The notes beneath the pieces were generated by a model, which was not told the DNA's origin, did not search any database, and saw nothing but the letters and a program-made list of their open reading frames with translations. This document shows, in pieces, positions 59,360 to 64,000 of a stretch of 64,000 nucleotides of DNA. Each line of letters opens with the position of its first letter. Positions within the stretch are counted from its first letter, which is position 1. Location of the stretch: contig JBDKSP010000077.1 of NCBI GenBank assembly GCA_039680575.1, positions 29,448 to 93,447 of the forward strand. Reading direction: 5' to 3'. The position numbers were made by a program, and so were the translations under genes. This DNA is from Armatimonadota bacterium. Lineage in GTDB: Bacteria > Armatimonadota > UBA5829 > DTLH01.

Positions 59360-60823
59360 TCATGCGTTGGGACCCAGTATCTGCCATACGCACTTGGCTA
59401 AGTCATCTCTGTTCATGCCGTCTGGGATACCCATTTCGTCATTCCAATTACTTGGGTACAGCGGTGCGCCCCCAACCATCACGTGCTGTTCAGGGAACGA
59501 CGGGAGGTAGGCATGCATGTGAAATGTCCAATATGCCAGATTAGTGCCGTCCATGTTTCTGACCATCTCATTCCATGAGGGCCAGCTTGGCCAGAAGCCT
59601 TTCTGACGAGCTTGGTGTGTGGGGTCAGTCTTGAGCACAGGGTTCATAAGAACTCCAAGCATGTTCTGTGTTCCAGGAATACTATGGGTTCTGACCCATT
59701 GTATATGCTCGTCCAGCCCTGCAACCACTATGCACTTCTGCTTCGCAACTTCAGCCTTATACAATACCGCTGCCAGTGACAGCGCCGGCCGCAGACAGTC
59801 TAGAGTTGCCGACTTGGATATCTCCTCTTTGACTTCAGAGTTGTAAGCCTTATTGTTGATGTCAAGTAGATCCTGAAGAGTTAGCTCTGACGCGATCTTC
59901 CTGAACACCGTCTGGACCTTGTCGTAGTCCTTGAATAACGGATCGTATAGATCAGATAGAAATGTGGAATCGACTGCGCCTACACCACGGCTCTCCAAGT
60001 ACTTCATCAATTCTGACCGAAACTTCTCAGAATCCGTTCTACTGTAGTTGTCTTGAGCGCCGCAATCTGCGATCAGCAGTTCTACTTTCCAACCTAACAT
60101 AGCGAGCAAGCGAATAATCTCAGTTTGTCCTCTATGTATCGCCGTTACTATGTTTCGAGGTACCACTGGCCAGATGACAACGCCTGGGCTTGCCAAATCC
60201 CGAGACTCCAAGTTCGATGGTTCAACCTTAGCCTGTTGAAGATGCTCATATACAAGCTTGCACAGACCTAGCTCCGGGTTGTCAGTGCCATACCTCTCCC
60301 AGTCGAAATAGAACAACTCTTGCTCCGGGGGATCCGCGATCCCCTTCAGCTCATGCTTGCCGGCGGAGCTGAAGTAGGTGCTTGCAGTGTCCACACCCCA
60401 TATCTTCTTCATTGCATCGACAATGCTGCTGTTAACGATAACCTCACCCGGCTGTGCTTTGCCTTGAACACGTGCAGCTTGGTTGACAGCTGACCCGAAT
60501 ATGTCCGCTGCAGTAGATTCGACTACTCCAAGGAAGAGCCCAACTTTGACGGCAAGTGGTGGTCGCGACACACAAGGCAGCTCCCTGTAGTACTGCTGAA
60601 GGCTCAGTGCGAAGGCAAGAGCTTCCTCCGGCACCTCATATTCCACGACGTGAGCGTCTCCGACGTTCTTGATATAGCGGCCTCCCACGGATTCTGCCAA
60701 ACACTTCCCAACGTTGAGGTGCTCCTGCAAGTGGGGTAGAAATCCATTATGGCCCAGCTTTTCGAAAAGATCGGTAGATCCTTTTAGATCGGTAAAGCAT
60801 ATAACCTTAATTTTGCTGGCCAT
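59360..60823 (-). CDS. Class III nucleotide cyclase fused to a TyrRS-like (class Ic aaRS/HUP) domain
   Basis: FTDLKGST, KNVGDA, DIFGSAVNQAARV, LKG; then VP...TAIH, GWKVELLIAD, VVAGLDE, MNPVL. Confidence 0.7.
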   Translation of the reverse strand: MASKIKVICFTDLKGSTDLFEKLGHNGFLPHLQEHLNVGKCLAESVGGRYIKNVGDAHVVEYEVPEEALAFALSLQQYYRELPCVSRPPLAVKVGLFLGVVESTAADIFGSAVNQAARVQGKAQPGEVIVNSSIVDAMKKIWGVDTASTYFSSAGKHELKGIADPPEQELFYFDWERYGTDNPELGLCKLVYEHLQQAKVEPSNLESRDLASPGVVIWPVVPRNIVTAIHRGQTEIIRLLAMLGWKVELLIADCGAQDNYSRTDSEKFRSELMKYLESRGVGAVDSTFLSDLYDPLFKDYDKVQTVFRKIASELTLQDLLDINNKAYNSEVKEEISKSATLDCLRPALSLAAVLYKAEVAKQKCIVVAGLDEHIQWVRTHSIPGTQNMLGVLMNPVLKTDPTHQARQKGFWPSWPSWNEMVRNMDGTNLAYWTFHMHAYLPSFPEQHVMVGGAPLYPSNWNDEMGIPDGMNRDDLAKCVWQILGPNA

Positions 60824-60845
60824 CCATTTTCTCTCCTGTTTCTGT

Positions 60846-62036
60846 TTAGTCCTGACCAAGATTCAAGTATCGTTCTGCGTGAGCAAGTAGATTGACGTTA
60901 GACTTTATAGACTGCAGAGACGGGTTGTATGGATCTCGCTCGTCAAGAACAACCTTGCAGATCGACACATTTGACTCCGTGTAGAAGCGCCCATCGGGTC
61001 CCACCAACACCACGGAATTCCTGGTGCTGCTTTCAACAATCTCAACCGACATTCCCCGTTGCCATGTTCCATCTGCCGCTTCGCGCAGCTTCCTGAATAC
61101 ATATTCATAAGGACCTTGTGCCAGCTTTCCCGTAATGCGCTTGCCCGTGTCCGTGAACTCACCGCATAGCTTCCGGTAGCCAGCTAGGCTGGACTTTGAA
61201 GGTGCAATCTTCAGGACACGCCAAGAACGCAGCCCCAGCCTGAAGAGCTTGTCGCCTAGAGCAAGAAGGTCGTTTGCCGTCTTCTTTGTAGCCACCGACT
61301 GGACTGTGACACAGAGACCAGCATCCAGGCAATCACATAGAGCTCGCACCGCGGCCATAGCACTGCTGCTGCCCCGACGGATCGCAGTAGGCCGCTGCAA
61401 GTCATTGACCCGAGGGCGTTCCGAATCAAGTGAGATTCGGAGGACTACGTTGTTCTCTTTGAAGAGTTCCAAGCTGCGGGCAGAGAATGTGTAGGCGCTC
61501 GTATCAACGACCACTCCGACTCTCGGAGACAGCAAGCGTATAGCATGTGCCAGGTGTGGACTGACAAGCGGGTCACCACCGGTGAGGACCACCACCAGAG
61601 GGTCAAGATCGAGTATACGATGGGCGATCTCTTCTACCCGATGATCATCTGGCTCCACATCCTCGCATCGCATTAGGTCCTCAGCGTAACAATACATGCA
61701 CTTGAGAGGGCAGCGACCCGTTAGCAGCCAATTGATCACGATAGGCTTGTGAGGAGTGGGTAGATTGGTCCACGCATCCTTGTTAGGCAGCAGGTGAGGA
61801 GAGCTATATCGACCTTCAGTCAGCGGGATCATCCAGCCTGCACCCAAGCAGCGCTCATATCGTTCCAAGTTGGGACAATCTGCCTTACCATCGAGCCAAC
61901 GCTTAACAGCGGCTGACTCAGTGGGGTGCACCACGTGGATCAGGCCTGAATATGGCGAGTAGACGAGGAGACCAAACTCCGCGTCATTGCGCACAAACAG
62001 GCCACTCTGTGTTCTGCTAGTGGAGCTAGTCAGCAT
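60846..62036 (-). CDS. Radical SAM enzyme, viperin-like features
   Basis: INW....CPLKCMYC, LTGGDPL, ISLDS, WRVL, SVVLVGPDGRFY; no Cys-rich SPASM tail. Confidence 0.8.
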   Translation of the reverse strand: MLTSSTSRTQSGLFVRNDAEFGLLVYSPYSGLIHVVHPTESAAVKRWLDGKADCPNLERYERCLGAGWMIPLTEGRYSSPHLLPNKDAWTNLPTPHKPIVINWLLTGRCPLKCMYCYAEDLMRCEDVEPDDHRVEEIAHRILDLDPLVVVLTGGDPLVSPHLAHAIRLLSPRVGVVVDTSAYTFSARSLELFKENNVVLRISLDSERPRVNDLQRPTAIRRGSSSAMAAVRALCDCLDAGLCVTVQSVATKKTANDLLALGDKLFRLGLRSWRVLKIAPSKSSLAGYRKLCGEFTDTGKRITGKLAQGPYEYVFRKLREAADGTWQRGMSVEIVESSTRNSVVLVGPDGRFYTESNVSICKVVLDERDPYNPSLQSIKSNVNLLAHAERYLNLGQD

Positions 62037-63286
62037 CGCCTTGCCACCCTTATCACGTATTCCGTATGCCTCGCACGAATGCCCCGTGACCTTGGGTTCT
62101 TAGTGCCAATGTGGAACGTTTCGTTCGAGTCGAATACCTCTGCCTCGAAGCCAAGGTTTTGCCAGATCTCAACGATTGCCTGGGCAACTGGAACGACTAC
62201 ACCTCTGTGCGTATTGTTCACTACGACTATGTATCCCTCAAACTCGTCTGCCAGCGAAGAGGAGATGTTGCTGTAGGCAGCCTCCAGATCAGCGAAGTAG
62301 TTGGAGAAGTACGGGACATAATAGACCTTGTCGTCATAAGCGGCACCACTACTCAGCTTTAGTCCCGCAACCCGCTCAAGAAAGCCAACAACTGCCGACG
62401 ACGTTGGCTTCCGGTGAATCTTCTGGGAGACGAATGCCGATCCAATAATCCGCTCAGGAGCTAGGTCTAAGTGAATGATTCCCTGCTGGATTAGCCACAT
62501 CAGGAATGCGTATTCAGGCTTGAACATCGATGAGAAGTCCATTCGATTGGGATACGGAGGCGAGGTGACCATTGCCTGGAATCGCTTGGCTGGGAAACTG
62601 AACGTTCTCGCATCGCCGAGGTGCAATTCGTGTTTTGAGACGCTATGGCACCGCCGGTTCTCGTCAAGCCGAGATGACAAGGCGAGGAGGTAATTGTTGA
62701 AGTCATCCTGCCAACCAGTGTATACACATAGCCCGCCGGGTTTGGTAAACGTGGAAATATTACCTGGAACAGAACTGGAAAGCCGCCCAACAAAGGGAAT
62801 CATCTGCGCAAGAGCAGCGTGGTCAATGTCAATGAACGGCGGAAAAGTGGCCGCAACAGCTTTCCTGGAAAGCTGGAAAAGCTGAGTCAGCAACCGATTG
62901 GACTCCTCGTGAAACCAGTTATCGCACACTGAAGCTCGGGTCGAAGCCCTGGGCCATTCGCTTCTCCACTTGAGCATGAGTTCTAGGCTGCCGAGGAAGA
63001 ACTCAGTGAGATTGGGCAACTGAATGAACTGCCAGTAATACTGTGGAACATTAAACTCAACGCAGTATGATGACACTCCATTTTCACTGCAGAAACGCGC
63101 CAACAAACCGTAGCCGGACATTGGGTCAAGAATCTCACCTTTATCTTTCAGTGATGTCACCAGCAGACGTTCTACATCAGTGAAAGCTGCATAGCTCCGG
63201 CCATTATTGATCAGTGTTCTGTAGACCTCACGTATCAGCGAAGTCCGACTCAGTATAGGTTGTGCATTGGTTCTCTCGTCAGCCAC
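62030..63286 (-). CDS. Amino-DNA methyltransferase-like protein (SPPY, m4C-type)
   Basis: LDPMSGYG (motif I), GDAR, VTSPPY (motif IV). Confidence 0.8.
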   Translation of the reverse strand: MADERTNAQPILSRTSLIREVYRTLINNGRSYAAFTDVERLLVTSLKDKGEILDPMSGYGLLARFCSENGVSSYCVEFNVPQYYWQFIQLPNLTEFFLGSLELMLKWRSEWPRASTRASVCDNWFHEESNRLLTQLFQLSRKAVAATFPPFIDIDHAALAQMIPFVGRLSSSVPGNISTFTKPGGLCVYTGWQDDFNNYLLALSSRLDENRRCHSVSKHELHLGDARTFSFPAKRFQAMVTSPPYPNRMDFSSMFKPEYAFLMWLIQQGIIHLDLAPERIIGSAFVSQKIHRKPTSSAVVGFLERVAGLKLSSGAAYDDKVYYVPYFSNYFADLEAAYSNISSSLADEFEGYIVVVNNTHRGVVVPVAQAIVEIWQNLGFEAEVFDSNETFHIGTKNPRSRGIRARHTEYVIRVARRC

Positions 63287-63700
63287 TTGATGCTAGTCGT
63301 CCACTCAATAGGTTATTCGACGTGTGTATAAGCGATGGGTATACGCCCAGTTACAGCAATTGTCCTGAAACAGACAAACTTTATTATAGGATCAAGGAAG
63401 CTCATCAGTCAACGCGTACCCCGTGCTCTCGTAGCTTACCGTGCTGCTTGGCCCAGCGAGATGCGCAGTGTTTCACCGTTGTGCCCTCTGTCCCTCAGGA
63501 ACTCACGCAACCGAATCACGTTACCGGGGCTAAGCCCGGTCCCGTGATTCAGAGAAAACCTGCCAGACAGAGACGAAATGTCCCTAGATGTGGGTTTGGG
63601 AGGCAAAGCCCGACCACAAGATGCGGTTCGGATAACACGGGGCAGTGAGGCGGTTTGAGCTCAGAAACACGCTGGAAATGGCTTTTCTGACCCAGATAGG

Positions 63701-63739
63701 AAAAAAGCGAGAAACCATCACTGAGACGGTTTCTCGCTT
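63701..63739 (-). terminator. Intrinsic terminator after the tRNA
   Basis: AAGCGAGAAACC / GGTTTCTCGCTT hairpin followed by T6 on the minus strand. Confidence 0.75.
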
Positions 63740-63745
63740 CACTTT

Positions 63746-63821
63746 TGGTAGCCCCGAAGGGATTCGAACCCTCGATCTCATGGCTGAGAACCACGCATCC
63801 TAACCGCTAGACGACGGGGCC
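63746..63821 (-). tRNA. tRNA-Glu (CTC)
   Basis: GGCCCCG acceptor stem, anticodon arm CGTGG-TTCTCAG-CCATG, GGTTCGAATCC T-loop, encoded CCA; 76 nt. Confidence 0.97.
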
Positions 63822-63840
63822 GTATTCTTACTGACAAAGA

Positions 63841-63869
63841 ATTATATCAATGACTACCCTCAGTGTCAA
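63841..63869 (-). promoter_or_regulatory. Consensus sigma70 promoter of the tRNA
   Basis: TTGACA-N17-TATAAT exact. Confidence 0.85.
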
Positions 63870-63876
63870 GAGGGCG

Positions 63877-63940
63877 CGTTGCCTCATCAAAAATCGTACC
63901 GAAAGTGAATCGTTGCCTCATTTAAGAATCGTACCGAAAG
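63877..63940. repeat. Two-copy direct repeat (about 29-30 bp)
   Basis: CGTTGCCTCATCAAAAATCGTACCGAAAG and CGTTGCCTCATTTAAGAATCGTACCGAAAG. Confidence 0.8.
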
Positions 63941-64000
63941 GTTGATATGCCGATGCTGTTTTTGTAGGAGGAAACGCATCGATGACCCAGCAAGCAAAGG

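Noticed and set aside
59360..60823. Canonical Pycsar system
   Set aside because: Specificity residues look adenylate-type and there is no adjacent cNMP-binding TM/TIR effector

Overview
Most of the window (1 to about 52,060) is a large prophage with a contractile tail, whose tail module runs off the left edge. Left to right it has tail, head and packaging genes (minus strand), an iteron-like repeat array (probable origin), a cargo block, a replication/recombination operon (primase-helicase, RecD2, ERCC4, DUF669, AAA ATPase, PD-(D/E)XK nuclease), a divergent regulatory region with a phage sigma factor, an M15 peptidase and a DUF2924/large serine recombinase module. The cargo block holds a MITE-disrupted grpB pseudogene, a KAP NTPase and a GHKL ATPase-nuclease. 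From about 52,050 to 63,300 lies a defence-like island ending at a tRNA-Glu(CTC): a Type I R-M system with a coupled degenerate HD-domain protein, then a three-gene operon of DNA methyltransferase, viperin-like radical SAM and a class III cyclase fused to a TyrRS-like domain. The most notable items are (1) that three-gene operon, (2) a tandem adenine methyltransferase fused to the prohead protease/scaffold, (3) a 1,530-aa MuF head protein with kinase-like and ART-like domains plus two candidate immunity genes, (4) a bipartite motif C(C/G)GACA-N15/16-AAGTACATATCAA in front of four phage operons, a likely phage-sigma promoter, and (5) a Xer-like recombinase/TA cassette with a 28-bp dif-like site splitting terS from terL. 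All family assignments come from motif recognition by eye; no database searches were run, so novelty is unverified.
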